Assembly: GCA_965261645.1 (NCBI GenBank)
Contig: CBDHDJ010000002.1
Span: forward strand, 769,804 to 833,803
Direction: 5' to 3'
Length of the DNA stretch: 64,000 nucleotides
Origin: Alphaproteobacteria bacterium
Lineage (GTDB): Bacteria > Pseudomonadota > Alphaproteobacteria > SHVV01
A program made the position numbers and the translations under genes. Of the stretch, positions 42,451 to 52,260 are shown in pieces (the first letter of the stretch is position 1; each line of letters opens with the position of its first letter). The notes beneath the pieces were generated by a model. That model made no database searches and was not told the DNA's origin. It saw nothing but the letters and a program-made list of their open reading frames with translations.

Positions 42451-42726
42451 TCAGCGGTAGAACTCCACATGGAAGCGAACGCAGCCGATCGGTTGGACCT
42501 GGTGTGGAACGTCCGATTCCACCACACCGTGGCGGTCGAGAGAAAGCTCGCTCTCTTTGATCTCCGGCTCGAGGATACGGTATCGCAGCTTTCCCTCCAG
42601 GACGACGATCCTGGCCCAGGTTCCGGCCTTGGTTCGGTGGGATTTGAGCAGGCTCTTGGGCACCGTCTCCTCGGTGAATTCCGGGCTCTTGGCATAAACC
42701 GAAACCGTGGTGGGAAGTGTTTTCAT
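42451..42726 (-). CDS. DUF1971 (YeaR/TehB-N-like) domain protein
   Basis: 91 aa. …SHRTKAGTWARIVVLEGKLRYRI… parallels E. coli YeaR (…HLDKGTRPGVYPRLSVMHGAVKY…). Opposite-strand insert inside the phage tail module. Confidence 0.5.
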   Translation of the reverse strand: MKTLPTTVSVYAKSPEFTEETVPKSLLKSHRTKAGTWARIVVLEGKLRYRILEPEIKESELSLDRHGVVESDVPHQVQPIGCVRFHVEFYR

Positions 42727-42748
42727 GGCCGTTTGAGTCGCGTCATCA

Positions 42749-43015
42749 TCAGCCGAACAGGTCGGAATGGGTGCCGGTGCGGGCCAGCACCAAATCGTTT
42801 TCGCCGACGTGCCAGATCAATAGCCAGTCCGGTTCGATATGGCACTCCCAGGAACGGGACCATTCGCCTGACAGGCGATGGGCCCTGTTACGCGGGTCGA
42901 GCGGTTGCTCGGCCAGGAGCCGGTCGACGACCGCCCACAGCTTGTCGAGGTCCTTGCCGCGTCTCCCGGCCCGCTCGAGGTCTCGCTCGAAGCGGCTCGT
43001 CGTGAGCAGGCGCAT
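42749..43015 (-). CDS. yafQ: type II toxin, YafQ/RelE family
   Basis: 88 aa. MRLLTTSRFERDLERAGRRGKDLDKLWAVVDRLLAEQPLDPRNRAHRLSGEWSRSWECHIEPDWLLIWHVGENDLVLARTGTHSDLFG has the YafQ hallmarks (…CHI.PDWLLIY…RTGTHSDLF). Confidence 0.85.
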   Translation of the reverse strand: MRLLTTSRFERDLERAGRRGKDLDKLWAVVDRLLAEQPLDPRNRAHRLSGEWSRSWECHIEPDWLLIWHVGENDLVLARTGTHSDLFG

Positions 43016-43018
43016 GCA

Positions 43019-43276
43019 TCAGCCGTGCGCGGCCTTGAGGTCGTCCAGACTGTCGTATTCGGTGAGATTCTCGCGCTCATGGGCCTGCCGCAACGCCTCG
43101 CGCGTTTCGGCGTTCGGAATCTTCACGGCGAACGGCAGGCCGTGCTGCAGTGTCACCTGCTTGTAGAACAGCCTGATCGCCTCGGTCGCCGAGAGCCCCA
43201 GCTGCGAGAACACCGCCTCGGCCTCGTCCTTGAGGGCCGGTTCGACGCGGGCGCGGATCATGTCGGTCTTGGCCAT
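43019..43276 (-). CDS. dinJ: type II antitoxin, DinJ/RelB family
   Basis: 85 aa from the internal ATG with AAGGAG ribosome-binding site: MAKTDMIRARVEPALKDEAEAVFSQLGLSATEAIRLFYKQVTLQHGLPFAVKIP… The ORF track extends it 5' into low-GC3 sequence. A 3-nt gap separates it from yafQ. Confidence 0.8.
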   Translation of the reverse strand: MAKTDMIRARVEPALKDEAEAVFSQLGLSATEAIRLFYKQVTLQHGLPFAVKIPNAETREALRQAHERENLTEYDSLDDLKAAHG

Positions 43277-43325
43277 GGGATGTCTCCTTCGGCGATAACG
43301 TATCACAAATGGGGAACAATTCAAG

Positions 43326-43751
43326 ATGGCGGCGAGCAAGACCGAACAAGTCCTGACTGCCTTGACGGCCCGGCTGCGCACCGTGCCCGGGCCGAAGGTC
43401 GAGCGCAACACCTCCGCGCCCGAGCGTATTCCGAAGGGTGGGCTGATCGTGCTGCGCGACGGCGATCCGGGCGAGCCGGAGCAGACCCTCGGCGGCATCG
43501 GCGGCGTCTATTACAGCCACGCGGTCGAGATCGAGGTCTATGTCGAGGCCGGCGAGGCGGCGGCCAGGGACGCGGCCTTCGACGCCCTGGTTCGGAACAT
43601 CGGCGCGGCGCTCGACGCCGATCCCACCCTCGGCGGCCTCGCCTTCGGCATGACCACTGCCCGGCCCGGGATCGACACCGAGGCGGTGATCGGCGCCCCC
43701 GCCATCAAGACCGGCATCATCGAGTACGAGAGCGCAACGCCGCTCGGCTGA
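43326..43751 (+). CDS. tail terminator (gpU-like)
   Basis: 141 aa. Position before the tail-tube gene and size close to lambda U. Confidence 0.35.
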   Translation: MAASKTEQVLTALTARLRTVPGPKVERNTSAPERIPKGGLIVLRDGDPGEPEQTLGGIGGVYYSHAVEIEVYVEAGEAAARDAAFDALVRNIGAALDADPTLGGLAFGMTTARPGIDTEAVIGAPAIKTGIIEYESATPLG

Positions 43752-43788
43752 ATTCCCCGCCACCACCAGACACGAAGGAGAGACCATC

Positions 43789-44163
43789 ATGGCCCGAGCC
43801 TATGGTTCGAGCGCCACGCTGCTGCTCAAACGCGAACTCGCCTACGGGCAGGCGGCGGCCGGCGATTACATCCGCATTCCCTTCAACCGCTGCACGCTCG
43901 GCTCCGAGCAGGGGCTGATCGACGACCCGGTGCTGGGTCAGGGGCGCGACCCCTACGCGCCCTTGCAGGACGCCATCATGGACGAGGGCGAGATTGTCGT
44001 GCCCGTCGATCCGCGCTACCTCGGTATCTGGCTGACCGGATTGTTCGGCGATCCCGTGTCAAACACGGTCGCGGCGGCCGGATATATCGACTTCGCGGTC
44101 AATCCGGCCGCCGAAGCGCCGCGAATACCGATCGTCGCGACGGGCATCTGCACGACCATCTGA
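43789..44163 (+). pseudogene. major tail tube protein (gpV-like), 3'-truncated
   Basis: 124 aa, far shorter than tail-tube proteins. The last 148 bp overlap the 3' end of the minus-strand motB-like gene. The prophage ends here, and no further tail, lysis or integrase genes follow. Confidence 0.4.
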
Positions 44164-44936
44164 TCCGGACCCGATTTGGAAATGGCGCCGCTGACAAAAC
44201 TGAACACGCCCCGGACAACCGAATAGGAAGCGGTGCCCTCGCCGCTCTCGGGATCGTAGATCAATTGATCGAGTGCCATGCGGCCGTTCTCGCCGAGGGA
44301 GAACGTCGTGCCGTCACCGAAGAGGACGCCGAGCGCGGCTCCGCTCCCGGTTTCCAGCACATCGCCCTGAAAGACCGCTTCGCCCGCCGTGAGCGTGACC
44401 CGCGTGCCATCGATGCGGGTGGCCGTGACGGGGCCGGTCGCGGTCTCGACGCGGCCTATGGGTCGCGCTGCCGTGGCCGCGGCAGGCTCGCTCGCGACGC
44501 TTCGTGCGCCCGGCACGCGCCGCCCCTCCGCGGTGATGAAGATCACCGAGGCGGCCAGCTCATCGGCCATGACCCGCTTGAGGAGCTGAACGGTGGGGCT
44601 TTCACCAGCTTGTTCCTGTGGGAGCGCCTCTTCCGGTGGCTCGGTTGTCTCCTCCTCGGATGGCGTCGTTGGGATTTGCGCATCGACGTCGAGGATCACG
44701 ACCTCGACACCGTCGGGCACCGCCGAGGGATCCACGATGACCAGGACCTGGCGCACGAACGCGTCCGGCGTGAACGACTCCTGCATGGACACGCCGGTCT
44801 GCTTGTAGCGTTGAAGGTTCATCTCGGAGAACGACAACATCATCACGAACAGCGCGACCAAGAGCGCCATCATGTCGGCGAAGGTGACCGCCCAGGGCGG
44901 CACGCTGCGGCGTTTTATAAGGCGCGCGCCCGTCAC
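44016..44936 (-). CDS. motB: MotB N-terminal domain fused to a FecR-like periplasmic domain (no OmpA peptidoglycan-binding domain)
   Basis: N-terminus MTGARLIKRRSVPPWAVTFADMMALLVALFVMMLSFSE is a classical MotB transmembrane/plug segment. It is translationally coupled (ATGA) to motA. The C-terminal half (…RIDGTRVTLTAGEAVFQGDVLETGSGAALGVLFGDGTTFSLGENGRMAL…) resembles FecR/DUF4880, not OmpA-like. Confidence 0.55.
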   Translation of the reverse strand: MTGARLIKRRSVPPWAVTFADMMALLVALFVMMLSFSEMNLQRYKQTGVSMQESFTPDAFVRQVLVIVDPSAVPDGVEVVILDVDAQIPTTPSEEETTEPPEEALPQEQAGESPTVQLLKRVMADELAASVIFITAEGRRVPGARSVASEPAAATAARPIGRVETATGPVTATRIDGTRVTLTAGEAVFQGDVLETGSGAALGVLFGDGTTFSLGENGRMALDQLIYDPESGEGTASYSVVRGVFSFVSGAISKSGPDQMVVQMPVATIGIRGASAAGLTAKSIYPAAATVFDTGSPNNPVSQIPR

Positions 44937-45284
44937 AGGATTTCGCCCGAGCTCTCTGGCTCGCCTGAAGGATCGGACGCCTGCTCGGGCTCGTCACTTC
45001 GCGCCTTGCGTTGCTGCGATTCGGGCAAGTAAGCCTCGAGAAGCTCGGCCAGTACCGCCGGATGTTGGCGCGCCTGAATTTGCAGGACGCCTTCCAAAAT
45101 CAACGTCATCGTCAGCCGTTCGGCCCCCGTCTTGGCTTCGAGCTTGTCGGCAACGGGCAGGGCGATGAGGTAGGCGATCAGCGCGCCGTACAGTGTGGTG
45201 AGCAGAGCGACCGCCATGCCGGGACCGATCGCCGAGGGGTCCTGCATATTGCTCAGCATCTGAACCAGCCCAACTTAGAGTCGG

Positions 45285-46188
45285 TTTCGAAAGTCATGCG
45301 GCTCGGGCCAATCTGCGGACGAGGAGCATGACGGAGGCGGCGTAGAGGAAGGCGCGGGCCGAGGCGATGGTGGCCTCGAAGTCCTTTGCCAGTCGCCGGT
45401 TGCGGTTGATCCAGGCGAAGAAGCGCTCCACGACCCAGCGGCGCGGTTGGACGGCGAAGCCGACCTGATCGGGGCTTTTGCGCACGATCTCGACGGCGAT
45501 CACGGTGGCCGTGGCGACCTTCTCGCCGGCGTAGCCGCTGTCGGCAAAGACCTTCTCGATGAACGGAAACGAGCCGCGTGAGGCGCACAGCAGCGACCCG
45601 CCACCATCGCGGTCCTGGATACTCGCCGGATGCGCCTCGAGCACGAGGCCGCGCCCGTCGGTGTCGACCAGCGCGTGGCGCTTGCGCCCCTTGATCTTCT
45701 TGCCCGCATCGTAGCCGCGGGGGCCACCAGCCTCGGTTGTCTTGACGCTCTGGCTGTCGATAATCGCGCCGCTCGGGCTGGCCTCGCGTCCGACCCGCTC
45801 GCGATCGGCCATGACCAGAGAGTGATTGATCTTCTCAAGGAGGCCGTCGTCGCGGAACTTGGCGAACCAGCGATAGATCGTGCCCCACGGTGGCAAATCG
45901 CTTGGCAGCAAGCGCCAAGGGCAGCCAGCCCGCATCACGTAGAAAATGCCGTTGACGATCTCTCGCATCGGCCATGACCGGGGCCGTCCCGTGCCATGAG
46001 CCGGAGGCAAATGAGGCTCGATCACAACCCACTCCGCATCGGTCAAATCAGTCTGATAACGCAGCGTCTTGCGGCTATGCTGCTCTCGGGTGGTCGGCGT
46101 CCACATGGCGGCTCCATATCGGTCTCAGCAACCTCCTTGGAATCACATCGACACCGGCCACTCAACCCCTTTCGAAACGGCCTCTAAG
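45285..46188 (-). mobile_element. IS5-family (IS427-like) insertion sequence, copy 3
   Basis: Same termini as copies 1 and 2. Inserted in motA. Confidence 0.75.
45294..46106 (-). CDS. IS5-family (IS427 group) DDE transposase
   Basis: 270 aa, identical to the ORF at 2828..3640. Confidence 0.8.
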   Translation of the reverse strand: MWTPTTREQHSRKTLRYQTDLTDAEWVVIEPHLPPAHGTGRPRSWPMREIVNGIFYVMRAGCPWRLLPSDLPPWGTIYRWFAKFRDDGLLEKINHSLVMADRERVGREASPSGAIIDSQSVKTTEAGGPRGYDAGKKIKGRKRHALVDTDGRGLVLEAHPASIQDRDGGGSLLCASRGSFPFIEKVFADSGYAGEKVATATVIAVEIVRKSPDQVGFAVQPRRWVVERFFAWINRNRRLAKDFEATIASARAFLYAASVMLLVRRLARAA

Positions 46189-47295
46189 GTGCCGATCATG
46201 CCGAAGGCGGGTGCCGAATCGCCGATACCGCGAAATATCTTCTCGCTCTGCTCGTGGCGTTCGACGCTACGCTCGATGTCGCTGGTCAGTACCTTGCGGA
46301 TGACTTCGAAGTCGTGGCCGTCGGCGCAAAGCTGCACGCCCTTTTTGAGGAAGGCATGATCGACCTCGGCGTTGTCGAGCGCGACGGGTCCGCTCCGACG
46401 CATCAGAGTGGCGAGTTCGATCATGCGATTGATGAGATCGCGCGGATTTTCCGCTTCCCTCACCACCGCCGTCCGCACGCCCAGCCGCAGCGCACCAAAG
46501 ACCCTGCCCACTGAAAACTTGATCAGTGTTGCCACGAACGTGCCACCGAGAACAATGATGAGGCCGGGAAGGTTGAGAAACGTCAACAGATCGGAGCCCG
46601 TAAGGATGGCGCCCACGACCACGGCGACAGTGATGACAACGGCGAGCAGTGTGGCGACATCCATGTTTTCGCCCGATCTCTCTAAGCCCTTGATTTAAGC
46701 CAGAATAGCATTGGTCAGCTTGGTGTGTAAGTTAGAGCGAGGGGGGCTCGCGCCCGCCTCGGCCGCACGTTCCTATCGGGGAGATTACCTAGAACGAGGG
46801 TTAATCGTTCGACTTTCCGCGTGTTTACCGGCCCACAAGGGCCCCTTTTCTACGGGTTTTCCTGTAAGTTGGTAGGCATTTACCAGAATTGAGATCGACT
46901 CACACGAGTAGTTGACTGCATTCAGTGGAACCGGCTCGATGCCTTGTGATCGAGGCGTTGAACCACACGAGGGCCGGAACCGGAACTCCAAGATGGGGGG
47001 CTCGCACCGCAGGTCCGGCCCATCGTCGAGGTGTTCGCCGTCCCTTGTGCGCGGAATCATTCGGTACGCGTCAAAGCGGGTCATTGACCCGGTCACGACA
47101 GCACGGAGGGGCCGATGCTAGGCGCCGAGAGAACAGCGGAGTCCTACGTCCGCAAATCCAAGAAAGAGCTCATCGCGGAGCTGCAAGCGCTTCACAACGA
47201 GCTGAGCTTGCTGAAGAAAAACGGCGGCGGCCGAAATCAGGATGGAGCGGATTCGGCGGAAGGTGAGCCGCCCTTCCGCGAGTTGATCGACCCTT

Positions 47296-48397
47296 TCCTA
47301 TCCGGTTAACGCCGATGACCGCTACATGTAGGGTGCCGCCACTCTCCCGAGTAAAGCTCGGCATAGGTTGGAGCAGAGGTGTCGCCCGCGATGCCGAGCA
47401 ATGAGCGGAAGGCGTTGAACGGGTAGAACCGCCTGTTGAAGCGGAAGGTGAACTCGTTGAGGTAGGCTTGTAGGTGCTGGTGGCTAACGCCGTGGTGGAT
47501 ACCGATCAGCCACGTCTTCAGGTTGGCGAAAACCAGATGGATGATCGGCAGGTATTGCTCGGCAACCTCTGGATCACCACACTCGGCAACAGCGAAGTGC
47601 TCATAGCCGCGCTTACCGAGGCCAGCATAGCCGCTCCAATCGTCAGTAACGATCAGCGATCCCGGCGCGACGGTGCTCTCGACGAACCCACAGAGCGACT
47701 CGGCGCTACGGTCGAGCACGACGGCGAGCCGAACGCGTCCGGCATAGCGTCCGTCTTTCCGGTTGTCGAGCTTGGTGCCCGGCTTTCGATGACGCACCTC
47801 GATGGCACAGGAGACGGGAACCTTGTGGTGAACACCACGGCCTTCCCCACGCGTTCGCCCGCCAACCCAGGTTTCGTCCACCTCAACATGGTTCTTGGGC
47901 TGTCCACCGATCCTGTCTTGGTTGGGCCGCACCATGCCCGAGCGGAGCTTGTGGAGAATTTGAAAGGCCGTCTCGTAGCGCGAAAGACCAAGTTGCCGCT
48001 GAAACTGCACGGCGGACATGCCGGGCGTCTGACTGGCGACCAGATAAGCGGCCCAGAACCAGACGTTCAGCGGAGTGTGGCTACGCTCCATCACTGTTCC
48101 CACCGTCAGCCCGGTGTTCTGGCGGCACTTGCGGCAGCGCAGGACGCCAGGGCGGTTTTCAAAGTGGAACGGCTCTCCCGCCGTGCCGCAGTGCGGGCAG
48201 GCAAAGCCGTCTCCCCAGCGGGCTTTCTCCAGGTAGGCGGCGCAGGCCGCATCATCGGGGAAAAGTCGCTGGAACTCGGGTAGCGAATGCGGGAATGGGA
48301 GATCGGCGCGGTCGAGAACATCCATGGCGCGCTCCCCTATATCCGGTTTGCGCCCATTCTAGCCCTAGTGGGTGTGGGTGTATACCGGATAGGCAAG
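47296..48397 (-). mobile_element. IS1595-family insertion sequence, copy 2
   Basis: Identical to copy 1. Inserted into the 5' region of the PAS kinase gene. Confidence 0.8.
47306..48325 (-). CDS. IS1595-family transposase
   Basis: 339 aa, one substitution relative to the ORF at 1347..2366. Confidence 0.8.
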   Translation of the reverse strand: MDVLDRADLPFPHSLPEFQRLFPDDAACAAYLEKARWGDGFACPHCGTAGEPFHFENRPGVLRCRKCRQNTGLTVGTVMERSHTPLNVWFWAAYLVASQTPGMSAVQFQRQLGLSRYETAFQILHKLRSGMVRPNQDRIGGQPKNHVEVDETWVGGRTRGEGRGVHHKVPVSCAIEVRHRKPGTKLDNRKDGRYAGRVRLAVVLDRSAESLCGFVESTVAPGSLIVTDDWSGYAGLGKRGYEHFAVAECGDPEVAEQYLPIIHLVFANLKTWLIGIHHGVSHQHLQAYLNEFTFRFNRRFYPFNAFRSLLGIAGDTSAPTYAELYSGEWRHPTCSGHRR

Positions 48398-50600
48398 GAT
48401 CGAGGGATCGATCGCAGGGGTCATGATGCATCGCACCGACGCAGTACTTTACGTCAACTCTGCGTTCGCTGAGATGCTGGGTTACACAGTGGACGAGGTC
48501 TTCGGTTTTGCCTCTGCCACAACCATCATCGCGCCGGAAGACCGGGCCCGATTGCGGAAATACAGCAGAGCGCGCTTGAAAGGTGAAGACGCGCCTCGCC
48601 GCTACGAGTTTCGCGGGCTGTGCAAGGACGGATCACGCATCTGGATCGAGAATCTGGTGCGCACCATCAACTGGGAGGGAAAGCCGGCCGTCTACGTGAG
48701 CGCGCGCGACATCACCGAGCGCAAGCAGGCCGAGGAGGCCTTGCGCGAGAGCGAACAGCGCAATGCCGCGATGCTCCAAGCCATCCCCGACATGATTTTC
48801 CGGCTCGATGCGAAGGGCATCTATCTCGATTTCGTGCGCGCGGCGCACTTCGACCCGGTGACGCCGCCGGAAACGTTCATGGGCAAGCGCATGGACGAAG
48901 TGTTGCCGGCGGAGGTGACCCAAGCAGGTCGGCAAAAAATCGACGAGGCCCTGACGATGGGCAAGGTGCAGACTTGGGAGTACGCCCTTGAGAGAGGCGG
49001 CGAGGCACGCCACCTCGAGGCCCGGCTCGTCACCTACGGCCTGGCGAAGTCCTTGCGATCGTCCGTGACATCACCGAGCAAAAGGCGGCCGAACAAGCTC
49101 TGCGAGAGAATCGGAACTTCCTGCAAGCGCTCATCGATCGGATGCCTGCGGCGATCAACGTCAAGGACCGCGAGCGGCGGTTCGTGATGGTCAACAGGGC
49201 ATTCGCCGATTGGGTCGAGGTCGATGATCAGCAGAAACTGATCGGCAGGCTGGCGGAAGAGTGCGGCATGATCAACGCCGATCTCTATAAGAAGCTGGAT
49301 GAGCAAGTCATTGCGACGGGTAAGGAAGTTGCAAACTTCGAGGTTCAATACGACCGCAAAATGGGTCTAGGGACGTGGCTTGAGTCTAAGACGCCGATCA
49401 AGGATGAGCACGGCTCCCTCCAGTACATCTTGAACGTCAGCGTCGACATCTCCGAGCGCAAACAGATGGAAGAAGCGCTGCGGGAGAGCGAGGCGCGCTT
49501 TCAAAGCGTCGCCGAAAACATTCCCGGGACGGTGTACCAACGTATTCTCGAGCCGGACGGGACCCTCCACTACCCCTATATGAGCGTCGGCGCGCGCGAG
49601 CTTTATGGCATCGAGGCCGAAGACATTATGGCAGACGCCTCGGCATTGGTGGCCGGCTTCGAACCCGAGTCGAGAGAGCACTTCATGTACGTCCTCAGGG
49701 AGTCAGCGAAGAATCTCACTCCATTGAATATCGAGACGCGGGTGGTCTTGAAGAGTGGTGAGGTGAAGTGGATGACCACCAAGTCGCAGCCGCGGCGCTT
49801 GGATAATGGCGCTGTTGCTTGGGACGGTGTGGCGATAGACGATATGGAGCGCAAAGAGGCCGAGGAAAGGGCGCGACAGCACGAGGCGGACCTCGCCCAT
49901 GTCCTGCGTCTCAGCACCATCGGCGAGATGGCGACGGCGCTGGCCCACCAGCTCAACCAGCCGCTCGCGGCGATCGCCAACTATACCCGGGGTTGCCTGT
50001 TCCGGATACAGTCCAGCGACTGGGTGAGTTCCGATCTCATCGCGGTGTTGGAAAAGGCGAGCCACCAGGCCGAGCGGGCCGGCCAGATGGTCCGTGAGAT
50101 GGGCGATTTCGTCCGTGCGCCTGAGCTGCGCACGTCGATCGTCGATATCAACTATCTGGTCCGCTCCGTGGTCAGGTTCGAGGAAACCGAGTTGCAGGGG
50201 AACGACGTGCAGCTCGACCTGACTCTCGCGCACGGCCTGCCGCGGGTTGCCGTCGACGAGATAGAAATCGAGCAGGTGATCCTCAACCTGGTGCGCAACG
50301 GGATCGAGGCGATGGCCGAGGTCGACGAGAAGGATCGCCGTCTCGGCATATACACGGCAATGACCGAAGGCGGCGAGATTGAGATTTCCGTGCGGGATTC
50401 CGGCCCGGGCCTGTCGCCCGACGATCGCTCCGAGTTGTTCGAGCCCTTCTTCAGTACCAAGCCGAAAGGCATGGGGATGGGTCTCTCGATCGCCCGGACC
50501 ATCGTCGCGGCGCATGGCGGCCGGCTCTGGGTGGCGGACGAGCCAGGCCCGGGGGCGACATTCAACCTTGCCTTGCCGGCGAACGGGGAGGGGGAGCGTC

Positions 50601-51188
50601 ATGACGGCTGATAGCACGGTGATGGTCTTGGACGACGACACCGCCTCGCGCGAATCCCTCCAGTGGCTGATCGAATCGGTGGGGCTCAATGCCAAGACTT
50701 ACGGCGCCCCCCGCGACTTTCTCGATTCCTTCCTACCGGGCGAGGCCGGCTGCCTCGTGCTCGACCTCCGCATGCCGCAAATGAGCGGAATCGAGGTGCT
50801 CAAGTGGCTGCGCGACGGTGGCCACAAGATTCCCGTCATCATGATTACCGCCCATGGCGATGTGCCCACGGTCGTCGAGGCGATGAAGGGGGGTGCCGTC
50901 GAGTTTCTCGAAAAACCATTCAACAACCAGGTATTGTTGGATCGCATTCACCAGTGCCTGGGGGATGACGCCAAGGCCCGCGCCGAGGAGGCCAAGCACG
51001 CCGATACGCTGATGCTTTTGGCCAGTCTCACGCCGCGTGAGCGCGAGGTCATGACGCTGATCGTCGACGGCAATTCGAACAAGCAGATTGCCCGAATTCT
51101 CGACATCAGCCCCAAGACGGTGGAGGTCCATCGCGCGCACATCATGGAGAAGATTAAGGCCAAAGGCTTATCCCTCTGCATCCGGTAG
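50601..51188 (+). CDS. fixJ: FixJ/NarL-family response regulator (REC + LuxR helix-turn-helix)
   Basis: 196 aa from the ATG at 50601, overlapping the kinase stop. Receiver (…VMVLDDDTASRESL…LVLDLRMPQMSGIEVL…) and LuxR-type helix-turn-helix (…LTPREREVMTLIVDGNSNKQIARILDISPKTVEVHRAHIMEKI…). Confidence 0.8.
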   Translation: MTADSTVMVLDDDTASRESLQWLIESVGLNAKTYGAPRDFLDSFLPGEAGCLVLDLRMPQMSGIEVLKWLRDGGHKIPVIMITAHGDVPTVVEAMKGGAVEFLEKPFNNQVLLDRIHQCLGDDAKARAEEAKHADTLMLLASLTPREREVMTLIVDGNSNKQIARILDISPKTVEVHRAHIMEKIKAKGLSLCIR

Positions 51189-52260
51189 CGCAATATGAGG
51201 GGGCTACGCAGTTGTCGGTTGGCGAGCGGGTAGTTGGTCGCGAAAGCGCACTTTGCCTGGGCCTTAGCCGGGTCGCGCCGCTGCGCGCGTAGCATCGAGG
51301 CCACCACCCGTTGATCCTACCGGAGCCAGAGGGATAAGCCTTTAAGGCCAATTCCGTGGTTGAACTCGTGCAGATGGCGATCGCTTGCGGACTAGGGAAT
51401 TACCCCGAGTCCCCTACCGGTTCCACCTAGCCCCACTAGCCGTTCCTCCCAATTCCATTACGAATTCATCCCAATTGTGGGCGCTCGGCCCAGGCCCAAC
51501 ATAGGTGCCCGTAACGAGTCGTCGGAGAGGGTGAAACGCGTGTGACTGGCCTGGCTTGGGAAAACCGGCGAAAGCCTCGAGCATCAAATAACAAGCTTCA
51601 CATCTCCAGCGCCTGAGATTCGTGACCCGAAGGGAGGGGCGGCTCGAATCGGTCATGGGCGGGGACAGGGACATATCCTTGCATCACGACACCGCAGGTG
51701 CGCGGCATGGCTGGTGCGGCTTCGGTGCGCTGTCCGAGGGAAACAGGTCGAAATGCACCTGGATCCTCTGCGTCGCCCTCGGCCATGCCCTTGGTGGTGC
51801 TCGCCTGGGCCATGCCACGCGAATTGGCGCCATTCATTTCTATGTGGCCAATCTGGGCCCGGACCGCGATCGCGCAACAGACCAGCCCCAGCCCCGCCAT
51901 CGCTGGTACGGCGCAAATCAGCCCGCGCCACGCATCACAAGCGATTCAGCCGCGCACGGCGTTGAAGAAGCGCGCGCGGACGCCGCGCATTCGCCTGTCG
52001 GAAATCGGCGCCGATGCCGATCTCGCGGCCCCGCGGTCCCGAGCAATAGGGCGCTTGCGGTTTTGCAGTTCTGCAAGATGATGGGCACCTTTATAGCCAG
52101 TTTTGGCTTCGCCACCGTGATGGCGAGCCTCACTTTTCGTCTCCTCGCCTGACCGGCAGGCCCGACGCCGCCCGGGCGGAACGGGTGAGCGACGAATCAT
52201 GCCGTTGAGCCGGTCCATGACCCGCCCTATGATGGTGATCAGAGAGTTGAAGGGAGGACG

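Larger units (their letters stand above)
44933..46664 (-). pseudogene. motA: flagellar stator protein MotA, interrupted by the IS427-like element
   Basis: N-terminal two thirds (46189..46664, MDVATLLAVVITVAVVVGAILTG…IGDSAPAFGMIGTL…) and C-terminal third (44933..45284, …AVALLTTLYGALIAYLIALPVADKLE…) flank the IS copy at 45285..46188. Confidence 0.75.
47115..50611 (+). pseudogene. multi-PAS sensor histidine kinase (FixL-like), interrupted by IS1595 and frameshifted
   Basis: N-terminus (47115..47295, coiled-coil …ELIAELQALHNELSLLKKN…FRELIDPF) is split from the body by the IS at 47296..48397. Three PAS domains follow, with a -1 frameshift near 49050 (…EARLVTYG | PGEVLAIVRDITEQK). Then HisKA (…ATALAHQLNQPLAAI…) and HATPase_c (…GMGMGLSIARTIVAAHGGRLWV…). 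Confidence 0.7.

Noticed and set aside
46680-47114. Possible small RNA or regulatory palindrome (GGTCATTGACCCGGTCAC) in the motA / PAS-kinase divergent intergenic region
   Set aside because: Only a partial palindrome. Without expression data or covariance it is indistinguishable from an ordinary promoter region.
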